A stretch of DNA of 64,000 nucleotides from Squalus acanthias. Its lineage: Eukaryota. Where the stretch lies: the NCBI GenBank assembly GCA_030390025.1, contig CM059438.1, forward strand, positions 55,306,001 through 55,370,000, in the 5' to 3' direction. Shown in pieces: positions 25,201 to 35,745 of the stretch (positions within the stretch are counted from its first letter, which is position 1; the number at the start of each line of letters is the position of its first letter). The notes beneath the pieces are model-generated. The model was given only the letters and a program-made list of their open reading frames with translations, made no database searches and was not told where the DNA came from. The position numbers and the translations under genes are program-made.

Positions 25201-26920
25201 AGCCCATCTCTCCAGTACCCTAACTCCCATTGAAGCCCATCCCTCCAGTACACTAACTCCCATTGAAGCCCATCTCTCCAGTACACTAACTCCCATTGAA
25301 GCCCATCCCTCCAGTACAGTAACTCTCCCATTGAAGCCCATCTCTCCAGTACACTAACTCTCCCATTGAAGCCCATCCCTCCAGTACAGTAACTCTCCCA
25401 TTGAAGCCCATTCCTCCACTACACTAACTCTCCCATTGAAGCCCATCTCTCCAGTACATTAACTCTCCCATTGAAGCCCATCCCTCCAGTACACTAACTC
25501 CCATTGAAGCCCATCCCTGCAGTACACTAACTCTCCCATCGAAGCCCATCCCTCCAGCACACTAACTCCCATTGAAGCCCATCCCTCCAGTACAGTAACT
25601 CTCCCATTGAAGCCCATCTCTCCAGTACACTAACTCTCCCATTGAAGCCCATCCCTCCAGTACCCTAACTCCCATTGAAGCCCATCCCTCCAGTACACTA
25701 ACTCTCCCATTGAAGCCCATCTCTCCAGTACATTAACTCTCCCATTGAAGCCCATCCCTCCAGTACACTAACTCCCATTGAAGCCCATCCCTCCAGTACA
25801 GTAACTCTCCCATTGAAGCCCATCTCTCCAGTACACTAACTCTCCCATTGAAGCCCATCTCTCCAGTACCCTAACTCCCATTGAAGCCCATCCCTCCAGT
25901 ACACTAACTCTCCCATTGAAGCCCATCTCTCCAGTACATTAACTCTCCCATTGAAGCCCATCCCTCCAGTACACTAACTCCCATTGAAGCCCATCCCTCC
26001 AGTACAGTAACTCTCCCATTGAAGCCCATCCCTCCAGTACAGTAACTCTCCCATTGAAGCCCATCTCTCCAGTACCCTAACTCCCATTGAAGCCCATCCC
26101 TCCACTACACTAACTCTCCCATTGAAGCCCATCCCTCCAGTACATTAACTCTCCCATTGAAGCCCATCCCTCCAGTACATTAACTCTCCCATTGAAGCCC
26201 ATCTCTCCAGTACAGTAACTCTCCCATCGAAGCCCATCCCTCCAGTACACTCTCCCATTGAAGCCCATCCATCCAGTACACTAACTCTCCCATTGAAGCC
26301 CATCCCTCCAGTACATTAACTCTCCCATTGAAGCCCATCCCTCCAGTACACTAACTCTCCCATTGAAGCCCATCTCTCCAGTACACTAACTCTCCCATTG
26401 AAGCCCATCTCTCCAGTACATTAACTCTCCCATTGAAGCCCATCCCTCCAGTACACTAACTCTCCCATTGAAGCCCATCCCTCCAGTACACTAACTCTCC
26501 CATTGAAGCCCATCCCTCCGGTACATTAACTCTCCCATTGAAGCCCATCCCTCCAGCACACTAACTCTCCCATTGAAGCCCATCCCTCCAGTACACTAAC
26601 TCTCCCATTGAAGCTAATACCTTGAGTTGAGTATTCCCGGTATCCGGTGTAAGTTGGGCGTTCCCAGTATCTGCTGAGATTTGGGTATTCCTGGCGAGTG
26701 CCGTTTCTTGACTGGATTGTGATGTCTCTCACAGGGCAGCTGGCAGGACAACCGGCGCTGGAATCTCACTGTAGCGACCGAGTTACCGGAGCTGGAGAAT
26801 GACAGGCGGGATGGTGGTTCTGACTTCAGGAAGCGCTCCTTCAACAGGGGAGGAGGATTCAACAGGGGTCAGAACGGGAGAGGCATGAAGAGGAATTTCA
26901 ACAGAGCGTTCGACCGGTAG
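7060..26920 (+). CDS. DDX21: DDX21/DDX50-family DEAD-box nucleolar RNA helicase, 12 coding exons; 5' exons not identified (gene-level span)
   Basis: Twelve GT-AG exons with compatible phases (1661 nt) give the Q motif (LFPIQ), motif I ARTGTGKT, Ia PTRELA, Ib [34 protein letters not shown] and a GUCT-like region. The position directly upstream of KIFBP favours DDX21 over DDX50; orthology not proven. Confidence 0.9.
8015..8340 (-). mobile_element. SINE-like non-autonomous element sharing head, core and 3' tail with the LINE at 40358-43966/50697-50862
   Basis: Aligns by eye to 40360-40520, to 50697-50840, and to the LINE 3' tail gggatgggcaataaat (~43903). Confidence 0.75.
8401..8518 (+). CDS. 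DDX21: DDX21 exon ([14 protein letters not shown]...[10 protein letters not shown])
   Basis: Polypyrimidine tract + cag acceptor, gtgagt donor, 118 nt, motif Ia and GG doublet. Confidence 0.93.
9058..9325 (+). repeat. 67-bp tandem repeat x4 (ggcaggtacagcacgggttagatacagagtaaagctccctctacactgtcccatcaaacactcccag)
   Basis: Period of 67 measured between 9064 and 9131. Confidence 0.92.
9682..9867 (+). CDS. DDX21: DDX21 exon ([11 protein letters not shown]...[13 protein letters not shown]...AYKK)
   Basis: ttttag acceptor, gtgcgt donor, 186 nt, motifs Ib and II (DEVD). Confidence 0.93.
10040..10870 (-). mobile_element. L2-clade LINE 3' fragment with an internal 37-bp triplication
   Basis: Same sequence as the L2 at 35745+ ([12 protein letters not shown] region); 3' tail rc of aacttgcatttatgtagcgccttta at ~10045. 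Confidence 0.78.
11080..11940 (+). mobile_element. 5'-truncated CR1 LINE
   Basis: [38 protein letters not shown]; 3' tail ctcctgctcctaattcttat. Confidence 0.9.
12176..12321 (+). CDS. DDX21: DDX21 exon ([19 protein letters not shown]...AATTVE)
   Basis: Translated by hand (not in ORF track); aataag acceptor, gtaagt donor, 146 nt, motif III SAT. Confidence 0.92.
12850..14250 (+). mobile_element. CR1 LINE RT + 3' end (subfamily 'B', 13040-14250) plus an older CR1 fragment upstream
   Basis: [30 protein letters not shown], premature stop at 13424. Confidence 0.92.
14340..14760 (-). mobile_element. Old, highly degraded CR1 fragment
   Basis: IFQRSLD...[16 protein letters not shown] on the minus strand. 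Confidence 0.6.
15524..15673 (+). CDS. DDX21: DDX21 exon ([18 protein letters not shown]...RTIIFCETK...SIKQ)
   Basis: ggcag acceptor, gtactg donor, 150 nt, motif IV. Confidence 0.92.
15716..16850 (+). repeat. 29-bp minisatellite (gtgttatacagtgacagacccgtaccccc), ~39 copies, filling most of a DDX21 intron
   Basis: Period of 29 measured between 15721 and 15750. Confidence 0.97.
17000..17161 (+). CDS. DDX21: DDX21 exon ([15 protein letters not shown]...[17 protein letters not shown]...PPK)
   Basis: ctccag acceptor, gtaagt donor, 162 nt, QxxR and motif V. Confidence 0.93.
17544..17663 (+). CDS. DDX21: DDX21 exon ([19 protein letters not shown]...VEHKA)
   Basis: Translated by hand; atttag acceptor, gtaagt donor, 120 nt, motif VI. 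Confidence 0.93.
17858..18890 (+). mobile_element. CR1 LINE with internal deletions (subfamily 'A') and a 26-bp x4 amplification in the 3' UTR
   Basis: gatgtagtatatttggatttccaaaagg, [33 protein letters not shown]. Confidence 0.9.
19173..19246 (+). CDS. DDX21: DDX21 exon ([25 protein letters not shown])
   Basis: tttaaag acceptor, gtaact donor, 74 nt, phase fits neighbouring exons. Confidence 0.9.
20056..20215 (+). CDS. DDX21: DDX21 exon (FLDSVP...[25 protein letters not shown])
   Basis: gaaag acceptor, gtaagc donor, 160 nt, dimerisation/GUCT-start region. Confidence 0.92.
20325..21075 (-). repeat. 49-bp minisatellite grown out of a CR1 3' end
   Basis: Period of 49 (20477 to 20526); unit and left flank align with the CR1 3' UTR at 1230-1315. 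Confidence 0.9.
21325..22460 (-). mobile_element. Degenerate CR1 LINE
   Basis: [43 protein letters not shown]. Confidence 0.88.
22621..22755 (+). CDS. DDX21: DDX21 exon ([28 protein letters not shown]...FLKGKM)
   Basis: tctcag acceptor, gtatgt donor, 135 nt, GUCT domain. Confidence 0.92.
23827..23871 (+). CDS. DDX21: DDX21 short exon ([15 protein letters not shown])
   Basis: gtttag acceptor, CAG|gtacgt donor, 45 nt, GVCFDVP motif of GUCT. Confidence 0.88.
24085..26614 (+). repeat. 33/35-bp minisatellite (ccagtacactaactc[tc]ccattgaagcccatccct), ~2.5 kb
   Basis: Period of 33 (24191 to 24224) with +TC variants; lies in the last DDX21 intron. Confidence 0.97.
26735..26920 (+). CDS. DDX21: DDX21 last coding exon ([21 protein letters not shown]...[10 protein letters not shown])
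   Basis: tcacag acceptor, 62 codons ending TAG at 26918-26920; end of GUCT plus a short R/G/F-rich tail. Confidence 0.9.
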   Translation, partial: GSWQDNRRWNLTVATELPELENDRRDGGSDFRKRSFNRGGGFNRGQNGRGMKRNFNRAFDR

Positions 26921-27178
26921 TGAGGAGAGAACAGGTGCCTGCCAAACCTCGAACCAGGATGCTTTTACATAACTCAATGCAACTTTACCTTGGAGACCAA
27001 CGATATCCCAGTTACTGATCTACGGGCCCCACCGGACCGGACCGCGCCGAGCCATGCTGACAGGCTTGTGTATTTATCCCGCAGCTGTTTTAAATTCACA
27101 GGACACTGGCTGGAATTTGTTGGGTAACAGCTGGGTGTTGGAATCAAGGGATTAGCCTGGATGAATGGGTCCAAAGAC

Positions 27179-27227
27179 ATTAAAAAGTATTCCTTTAATT
27201 CTCTGGAGGCTGTGTGTATTAATTAAA
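27179..27227 (+). terminator. Candidate DDX21 polyadenylation signals (two ATTAAA)
   Basis: ATTAAA at 27179-27184 and again near 27222, ~260-300 nt after the stop codon; usage unverified. Confidence 0.35.
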
Positions 27228-28044
27228 CCAGCGGTTACACTGCGCTTTCACCTTCTCCCTCCTAATGTCTGCCCTGGAGACGCTGACTCTTGGGGTGCGA
27301 TTCCCCGGGCGTCTAGCTCTAGGTGCTTCAGGCGTGAGCTCAGGTAGTGAGTGACAGCAGGGCGTGCTATCAAGGGGCACCACAGCTGAGCTCAGTTCTC
27401 AACTCGCCAGATGCCTGTATGCCCACTTGCCCAGCAGCACTGGTTGGACGGTGATGCAGGAGCCCTGCATGGTTCTCTCCTCACTTCAGCTAAGGCCATT
27501 CCCTGGCTCAGATCAGCTAACTCCGCAGAGTCTGGGAATCGGACCTAGTGCGTTGGTGGTGTGTCCGACTCCCCTCCGCACTCGGTGTATTTATCAGCTC
27601 GCCTGGCAGGAAGCACCCTGTCTCTTTGTGCAGTCTGCAACGGTTGGGCACTATGAAAGCTTCGTGCGCTGGCAGTCAATCCTCGGCCAAGTAGCAGTCC
27701 AATTCAATCACTTTCCTCTCGCATTGAGTGACCCTCAGAGTTGAGTTCGGATAAATTGGAGAAAGCTGTTGTTTGCTGAACTTTAGAAGCACTTCATCTT
27801 TATCTTCACATGCTTGTGTTATTGGAACAAGTTCTCTAATTCACCACATCACAAGATGTTTGAGGAAGGCATTCAGCCCATCTTTTATCCTCCCCCGCCG
27901 CCCCCCCCCACCCCCAATTGCTTTTAAAAGATGTCTCCATTGCTCCATCTAGGAATCCATTCCATGTCTTGACCTCTTCCTGATATCGGGTTTACCTTTT
28001 ACTAGTTTGAACTTGTGTCCACTTGTCTTACACTCACTTTCATT

Positions 28045-29132
28045 TAACCTCGGTAGTGGGGAAGCTTTTAGAAACGATAATCTGGGACAAAATTAACAGT
28101 CACTTGGACAAGTGTGGATTAATTAAGGAAAGCCAGAACGGATTTGTTAAAGGCAAATCGTGTATAACTAACTTGATCGAATTTTTTGATGAGGTAACAG
28201 AGAGGGTTGATGCGGGCAATGCGGTTGAGGTGGTGTACATGGATTTCCAAAAGGCGTTCGACAAAGTGCCACATAACAGGCTTGCCAGCACAGTTGAAGC
28301 CCATGGAATAAAAGGGACAGTGGCAGCATGGATACGAAATTGGCTAAGTGACGGGAAACAGAGTAGTGGTGAACGGTTGTTTGTCGGACTGGAGGAAGGT
28401 ACACAATGGGTCAGTACTAGGACCACTGCTTTTCTTGATATATATTAATGACTTGGACTTAGGTGTACAGGGCACAATTTCAAAATTTTCAGATGACACA
28501 AAACTTGGAAGTATCATGAAGTGAGGAGAGTGATCGACTTCAGGAAGACAGACAGGCTGGTGAAATGGGCAGACACGTGGCAGATGAAATTTAACGCAGA
28601 AAAGTGTGAAGTGATACATTTTGGTAGAGAGAATGGGGAGAGGCAATATAAACTAAATGGTACAATCCTGAAGTGGGTGCACGAACAGAGAGACCTGGGG
28701 GTATGTGTGCAAAAATCATTGAAGGTGGCAGGGCAGGTTGAGAAAGCAGTTAAAAAGGTTTATGGGATCCTGGGCTTCATAAATAGAGGTATAGAGTACA
28801 AAAGCACTGGTTCGGCCCCAACTGGAGTATTGTGTCCAATTCTGGGCACCACACTTTAGGAAGGATGTGACGGCCTTAGAGAGGATGCAGAAAAGATTTA
28901 CGAGAATGATTCCAGGAATGAGGGACTTCAGTTACATTAATAGACTGGAGAAGGTGGGTTTGTTCTCCTTGGAGCAGACAAGATTGAGAGGAGATTTGAT
29001 AGAGGTGTTCAAAATTATGAGGGGTCTGGACAAAGTAGATAGAAACTGTTCCCATTGGCAGAAGGGTCGAGAACCAGAGGACACAGATTTAAGGCGATTG
29101 GCAAAAGAACCAAAGGCGACGTAAGAAAAAAA
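28045..29132 (+). mobile_element. CR1 LINE RT fragment
   Basis: [34 protein letters not shown]; near-identical family to 47930-49060. Confidence 0.9.
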
Positions 29133-29134
29133 TC

Positions 29135-32100
29135 GGGAGTCATAGAAAGTTACAGCACGGAAGGAGGCCATTTCGGCCCATCGTGTCCCTGCCGGCCAAC
29201 AAAGAGCTATCCAGCCTAATCCCACTTCCCAGCTCTTGGTCCGTAGCCCTGTAGGTTACAGCATCGCAAGTGCACATCCAAGTAGTTTTTAAATGTGGTT
29301 AGGGTTCCTGCCTGTACCACCCTTTCAGGCAGTGAGTTCCAGACCCCCACAACCCTCTGGGTGAAGAAATTTCCCCTCCAATCCCCTCTAAACCTTCCCC
29401 CAATTACTTTAAATCTGTGCCCCCTGGTTTTTGACCCCTCTGCTAAGTGAAATCGGTCCTTTCTATCTATCTATCTATCTATGCCCCTCATAATTTTATA
29501 CACCTCAATAAGGTCTCCCCTCAGCCTCCTCTGTTCCAAGGAAAACAAACCCAGCCCATCCAATCTTTCCTCATAGCTAAGATTCTCTACTCCCGGCAAC
29601 ATCCTTGTAAATCTCTGTACCCTCTCTAGTGCAATCATATCTTTCCTGTAATGTGATGACCAGAACTGCACGCAGTACTCTAGCTGAGGCCTAACTAGTG
29701 TTTTATACAGTTGAAGCATAACTCCCCTGCTCTTATATTCTATTGAGAGGTCGCACAACACCAGGTTATAGTCCAACAGTTTTATTTGAAATCACAAGCT
29801 TTCGGAGCTTACTACTCCTTCGTCGGGTGAAGTAAAAAGATACAGAATCGCCAAAGCATATATAGATAGAGAACAATGCATGTGTACCTTACAATTGCAG
29901 ACAACTAAATTAAATCATCCTGACTATCTGCCGAGGTGTGATAAAGTTAATCAGGTCAGCCAGGTAGGTACCACATCAAAGACATAGCAAGATACAACTG
30001 AGACAATGAGGTGGAGTCGCAGGGGGTCTTAACGTGTCAAAAGCTGCCGTCTGTATTTAAAACGATAAGCTTTAAAATTTTTACTTTTTTACTGGGAATC
30101 ACATCTGTGAACAAGCCAACGACGACTCGAGTCCGCATCACGTCATGTATCGTGACATAAACCCAAGATCCCGGTTGAGACCGTCTTCATGAGTGCGGAA
30201 CTTGGCTATCAGTTTCTGCTCGATGATTTTGCGTTGTCGTGTGTTCCTAAGGTTGCCTTGGAGAACGCTTACCCGCAGATCCGAGGCTGAATGTCCTTGA
30301 CTGCTGAAGTGTTCCCCGACTGGGAGGTAACAATCCTGCCTGGCGATTGTTGCGCGGTGCTCGTTCATACGTTGTCTCAGTGTCTGCATGGTCTCGCCGA
30401 TGTACCATGCTGCGGTGCATTCTTTCCTGCAACGTATGAGGTAGACAACGCTGGCCGAGTCACATGAGTATGTACCATGTACCTGGTGGGTAGTGTCCTC
30501 ACGTGTGATGATGGTATCTGTGTTGATGATCTGGCATGTCTTGCAGAGTTTGCCGTGGCAGGGTTGTGTGGTGTCGTGGTCGCTGTTAACCTGAAAGCTG
30601 GGTAATTTGCTGCGAACGATGGTACTTCTGAGGTTAGGCGGCTGTTTGAAGGCAAGTAGTGGAGGCGTGGGGATGGCCTTAGCGAGGTGTTTGTCGTCAT
30701 CGATGACATGTTGAAGGCTGCGAAGAACATGGCGTAGTTTCTCTGCTCCGGGGAAGTACTGGACGACGTAGGGTACCCTGTTGGTTGTGTCCCGTGTTTG
30801 CCTTCTGAGGAGGTCTATGTGATTTTTCGCTGTGGCCCGTCGGAACTGTCGATCGATGAGTCGAGCGTCATCACCCGTTCTTACGAGGGCGTTTTTCAGC
30901 GTCCGTAGGTGTCCATCGCGTTCCTCCTCGTCTGAGCAGATCCTGTGTATTCGCAGGGCTTGTCCATAGGGGATGGCTTCTTTAACGTGGTTAGGGTGGA
31001 AGCTGGAGAAGTGGAGCATCGTGAGGTTGTCCGTGGGCTTGCGGTAGAGTGAAGTGCTGAGGTGTCCGTCTTTGATGGAGATTCATGTGTCCAGGAATGA
31101 AACCGATTCTGAGGAGTAGTCCATGGTGAGTTTGATGGTGGGATGGAACTTGTTTATGTTATCGTGTAGTCTTTTCAGTGATCCTTCGCCATGGGTCCAA
31201 AGGAAGAAAATGTCGTCGATGTATCTGGTGTACAGCGTTGGCTGGAGGTCCTGTGCAGCGAAGAAGTCTTGCTCGAACTTGTGCATGAAGATGTTGGCGT
31301 ATTGGGGTGCGAATTTGGTCCCCATGGCTGTTCCGTGTGTTTGGGTAAAAAAAATGGTTGTCGAAGGTGAAGACATTGTGGTCAAGGATGAAGCGGATGA
31401 GTATTCTATGTATTCATGTATTCTATGCCATGGCTAATAAAGGCAAGCATTCCGTATGCCTCCTTAACCATCTTGTCTACCTGGCCTGCTACCTTCAGGG
31501 ATCTGTGGACATGCACTCCAAGGTCCCTTTGTTCCTCTACACTACTCAGTGTCCTACCATTTAATGTGTATTCCCTTTCCTTGTTAACCCTCCCCAAATG
31601 CATTACCTTAACTTCTCCAGATTGAATTCCATTTGCCACTGTTCTGCCCACCTGACCAATTTATTGCTATCTTCCTGCAGTCTACAGCTTCCTTCTTCAG
31701 TATCAACCACACAGCCGATTTTAGTATCATCTGCAAACTTCTTAATCATACCCCCTGTACTCAAGTCTAGATCATTGATGTATACCACAAAAAGCAAGGG
31801 ACCTAGTACTGAGCCCTGCAGAACCCTACTGGAAACAGCCTTCCAGTCACAAAAACACCCATCAACCATTACCCTCTGCTTCCTGCCTCCGAGTCAGTTT
31901 TGAATCCAACTTGACACTTTGCCCTGGATCCCATGGGCTTTTAACTTCGTGACCAGTTCGCCATGTGGAACCTTATCAAAAGTACATATACACTACATCA
32001 AACGCACTACCCTCATCTACCCTCCTTGTTACCTCCTCAAAAAATTCAATCAAGTTTGTCAGACACGACTATCCCTTAACAAATCCGTGCTGACTATCCT

Positions 32101-32400
32101 TGATTAATCCGTGTCTTTCTAAATGAAAATTTATCCTGTCCTTCAGAATTCTTTCCAATAATTTTCCCACCACTGAGGTTAGGCTGACTGGCCTGTAATT
32201 ACTCGGTCTATCCTTTTCTCCCTTTTTAAACAAGGGTACCACATTAGCAATCCTCCGGCACCACCCCTGAAGCCAGAGAGGATTAGAAAATGGTGGTCAG
32301 GGCCTCTGCTATTTCCTCTTTTGCTTCGCTTAACAGCCTGGGATACATTTCATCCGAGCCTGGGGATTTATCCACTTTTAAAGCTGCTAAACCCCTTAAT
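29135..32400 (-). mobile_element. CR1 LINE split by a Penelope insertion (pieces 29135-29743 and ~31419-32400)
   Basis: [24 protein letters not shown] on the left piece continues with KEAYGMLAFISHGIEY and FADDTK on the right piece. Confidence 0.88.
29744..31401 (-). mobile_element. Penelope-like element, 5'-truncated: RT core + GIY-YIG endonuclease + pLTR tail
   Basis: GTAMGTKFAPQYANIFM, RYIDDIF, SFLD; VVYLIRCRKEC...YIGETMQTLRQRMNEH...GLN; TATTCTAT at both junctions. Confidence 0.93.
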
Positions 32401-35400
32401 AGGAATGGTGCAAGGGGGAGGGATTCAAATTCCTTGGACATTGGGGTTCTGGGGGAGGTGGGACCAGTACAAACGGGATGGTCTGCACCTTGGCAGGGCC
32501 AGGACCGATGTCCTAGGGGGAGTGTTTGCTAGTGCTGTTGGTAAGAAGGGTTTAAACTAAAGTGGCAGGGGGTTGGGAACCTGAGCAGGGAGACAGAGAA
32601 AAGGGAAACAAGGATAAACGCAAAAGACAGGAAGGAGAAAAACATAAGTAGAAGGCAAAGAACTCAACGGTTTAAATTAAACATGGTCACAGTAAATAAT
32701 AATTCATATAGGTCTGAGAGCGTTAAAAAAACAAGCCTGAAGGCTTTGTGTCTTAATACAAGGAGCATTCGGAACAAGGTGGATGAATTAGCTGCGCAAA
32801 TAGAGGTAAATGAATATGATTTGATTGGGATTACAGAAACATGGCTCTAGGGTGGCCAAGGCTGGGAACTCAACATCCAGGGGTATTCAATATTTAGGAA
32901 AGATAGGCAAAAAAGAAAGGGAGGTGGGGTAGCATTGCTGGTTAAAGAGGGGATTAACACAATTGAAAGGAAGGATAGTAACTCTGATGATGCATAATCT
33001 GTATGGGTAGAACTGAAAAATAACAAGGGGCAGAAAACGTTAGTGGGAGTGGTATATCGACCTCAACAGTAATACAGAGGTTGGGGACAGCATTAAAAGG
33101 GAAATTAGAGAAGCGTGCAGTAAGGGCACAGCAGTCATCACGGGTGACTTTAATTTACATATAGATTGGGCTAACCAAATTAGTAAAAATACTGTGGAGG
33201 AGGAATTCCTAGAATGTTTACGGGATAGTTTTCTGGAACAATATGTCGAGGAACCAACCAGAGATCAGGCCATCTTAGACTGGGTATTATGTAACGAAAA
33301 AGGATTAATTAGCAATCTTGTTGTACGAGGCCCCTTGGGTCAGAGTGATCATAATATGATAGAATTCTTCATTAGGATGGAGAGTGAAGTAGTTGAATCA
33401 GAGACTAGGATCCTGAATTTAAATAAAGGAAACTACGATGGTATGAGGCGCGAATTGGGTAGGATTGATTGGGGAATGTCACTCAAAGGGTTGATGGTGG
33501 ATAGGCAATGGCAAACATTCAAACACTGCATGGATGAACTACAGAATTTGTTCATCCCAGTGTGGCATAAGAATAAAACAAAAAGGGTGACTCAACCATG
33601 GCTAACAAGGGAAATTAGGGATAGCATAAGATCCAAGGAGGGCATATAAATTGGTCACTAAAAGCAGTAACCCTGAGGATTGGGAGCAGTTTAGGATTCG
33701 ACAAAGGGATTAATTAAGAAGGGGAAAATAGAATATGAAAGTAAGCTTGCAGGGAACATAAAAACTGACTAAGAGTTTTTATAGATATGTGAAGAGAAAA
33801 AGATTAGTGAAATCAAGTGTAGGTCCCTTGCAGTCAGAAGCGGGGGAAGTTATAATGGGGAACAAAGAAATGGCCAACCAATTAAATGCATATTTTGGTT
33901 CTGTCTTCACAAAGGAGGACACAAATAACCTCCCAGAGATGTTGGAGAACATAGGGTCTGATGAAAGGGAGGAACTGAATGAAATCCGTATTTGTAGGGA
34001 AATGGTGTTAGGGAAATTGACGGGATTGAAGGCCGATAAATCCCCAGGGCCTGATGATCTACATCCTAGGGTACTTAAGGAAGTGGCCCTAGAAATAGTA
34101 GATGCATTGCTGATCATCTTCCAACATTCGATGGAATCTGGAACTGTACCCATGGATTGGAGGGTAGCTAATGTTACCCCACTATTCAAAAAGGGTGGTA
34201 GAGAGAAAGCAGGGAATAAGCCTGACATCGGTAGTGGGGGAAAATGCTAGAGTCCATTATAAAGGATGTAATAGCTGAGCACTTGAAAAACAGAGACAGG
34301 ATCGGACAAAGTTAACATGGATTTACAAAAGGTAAATCGTGCTTGACTAATCTACTGGAATTTTTTGAGGATGTAACTGGGAAAATAGATAAGGGAGAAC
34401 CAGTAGATGTGGTGTATTTGGACTTTCAAAAGGCTTTCGATAAGGTCCCGCATAAGAGATTAGCGTGTAAAGTTAAGGCACATGGGATTGGGGGCAAGGT
34501 ATTGACTTGGATAGAGAACTGGTTGGCGGACAGAAAGCAGAGAGTAGGAATTAATGGGTCTTATTCCGAGTGGCAGGCAGTGACTAGTGGGGTACCGCAG
34601 GGATCGGTCCTTGGACCCCAGCTATTCACAATATACATTAATGATCTAGATAAGGGAACTAAATGTAATATCTCCAAGTTTGCAGATGACACAAAGCTGG
34701 GTGGGCGTGTGTGCTGCGAGGAGGATACCGAGAAATTCCAGGATGATTTGGACAGGTTGGGTGAGTGGGCAGAAGCGTGGCAGATGCAATATAACGTGGA
34801 TAAATGCGAGGTTATCCACTTTGGTGTCAAAAACAGAAAGGCAGACTATCATCTGAATGGCAATAGATTGGGAGAAGGGGAAGTGCAACGAGACCTGGGT
34901 GTCCTTGTGCACCAGTCGCTGAAGGGCAGCAGGCGTTGAAGAAGGCAAATGGTATGTTGGCCTTCATAGCGAAAGGGTTTGAGTATAGGAACAGGGATGT
35001 CCTGCTGCAGTTGTACAGGGCCTTGGTGAGACCACACCTTGAGTGCTGTGTGCAGTTTTGGTCGCCTTATCTGAGGAAGGATGTTCTTGCCATGGAAGGA
35101 GTTCAGCGAAGAATCACAAGGCTGATACCTGGGATGGCAGGAATGACATATGAGGAGAGATTGGGTCGATTGGGCTTATACTCGCTGGAGTATAGAAGAA
35201 TGAGAGGGGATCTCATCGAAACATAAAATTCTGGCAGGTCTGGACAAACTAGATGCAGGAAGAATGTTCCTGATGGTCGGAGAGTCCAGAAATGAGGAAG
35301 AATTTCTTCACCCAGAGAGTGGTGAACCTGTGGAATTCTCTACCACAGAAGGTAGTTGAGGCCAAGTCATTAAATATATTCAAGAATGAGTTAGATATAT

Positions 35401-35545
35401 TTCTTAAAGCTAAAGGTATCAAGGGATATGGGGAGAAGGCAGGTACAGGGTACTGAGTTTGGATGATCAGCCACGATCTCATCGAATGGCGGAGCAGGCT
35501 CGAGGGGCCGAATGGCCTACTCCTGCTCCTATCTTCTATATTTCT
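32400..35545 (+). mobile_element. Long degenerate CR1: end of ORF1 (esterase-like DGLHL) and nearly the whole ORF2 (APE + RT) with 3' UTR
   Basis: [50 protein letters not shown]; many stops and frameshifts. Confidence 0.92.
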
Positions 35546-35745
35546 AATACTTCCTCTCACTGTTTATTTCATCTAATATTTCACACTCCTCCTCCCTGAT
35601 AGCAATGTCTGCTTCGCCCCTCTCCTTTGTGAAAACAGACGCAAAGTATTCATTCAGAACCCTACCGATGTCTTCTGCCTCCACACACAGATTACCCTCA
35701 TGATCTCTAATAGGCCCTACCCTTTCTTTAGTTATCCTCTTACTC
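35545..35745 (-). mobile_element. Internal CR1 fragment
   Basis: ERVGPIRD...[13 protein letters not shown]. Confidence 0.8.

Noticed and set aside
32400..35545. Active full-length CR1
   Set aside because: Multiple stops, frameshifts and deletions; ORF1 mostly missing.
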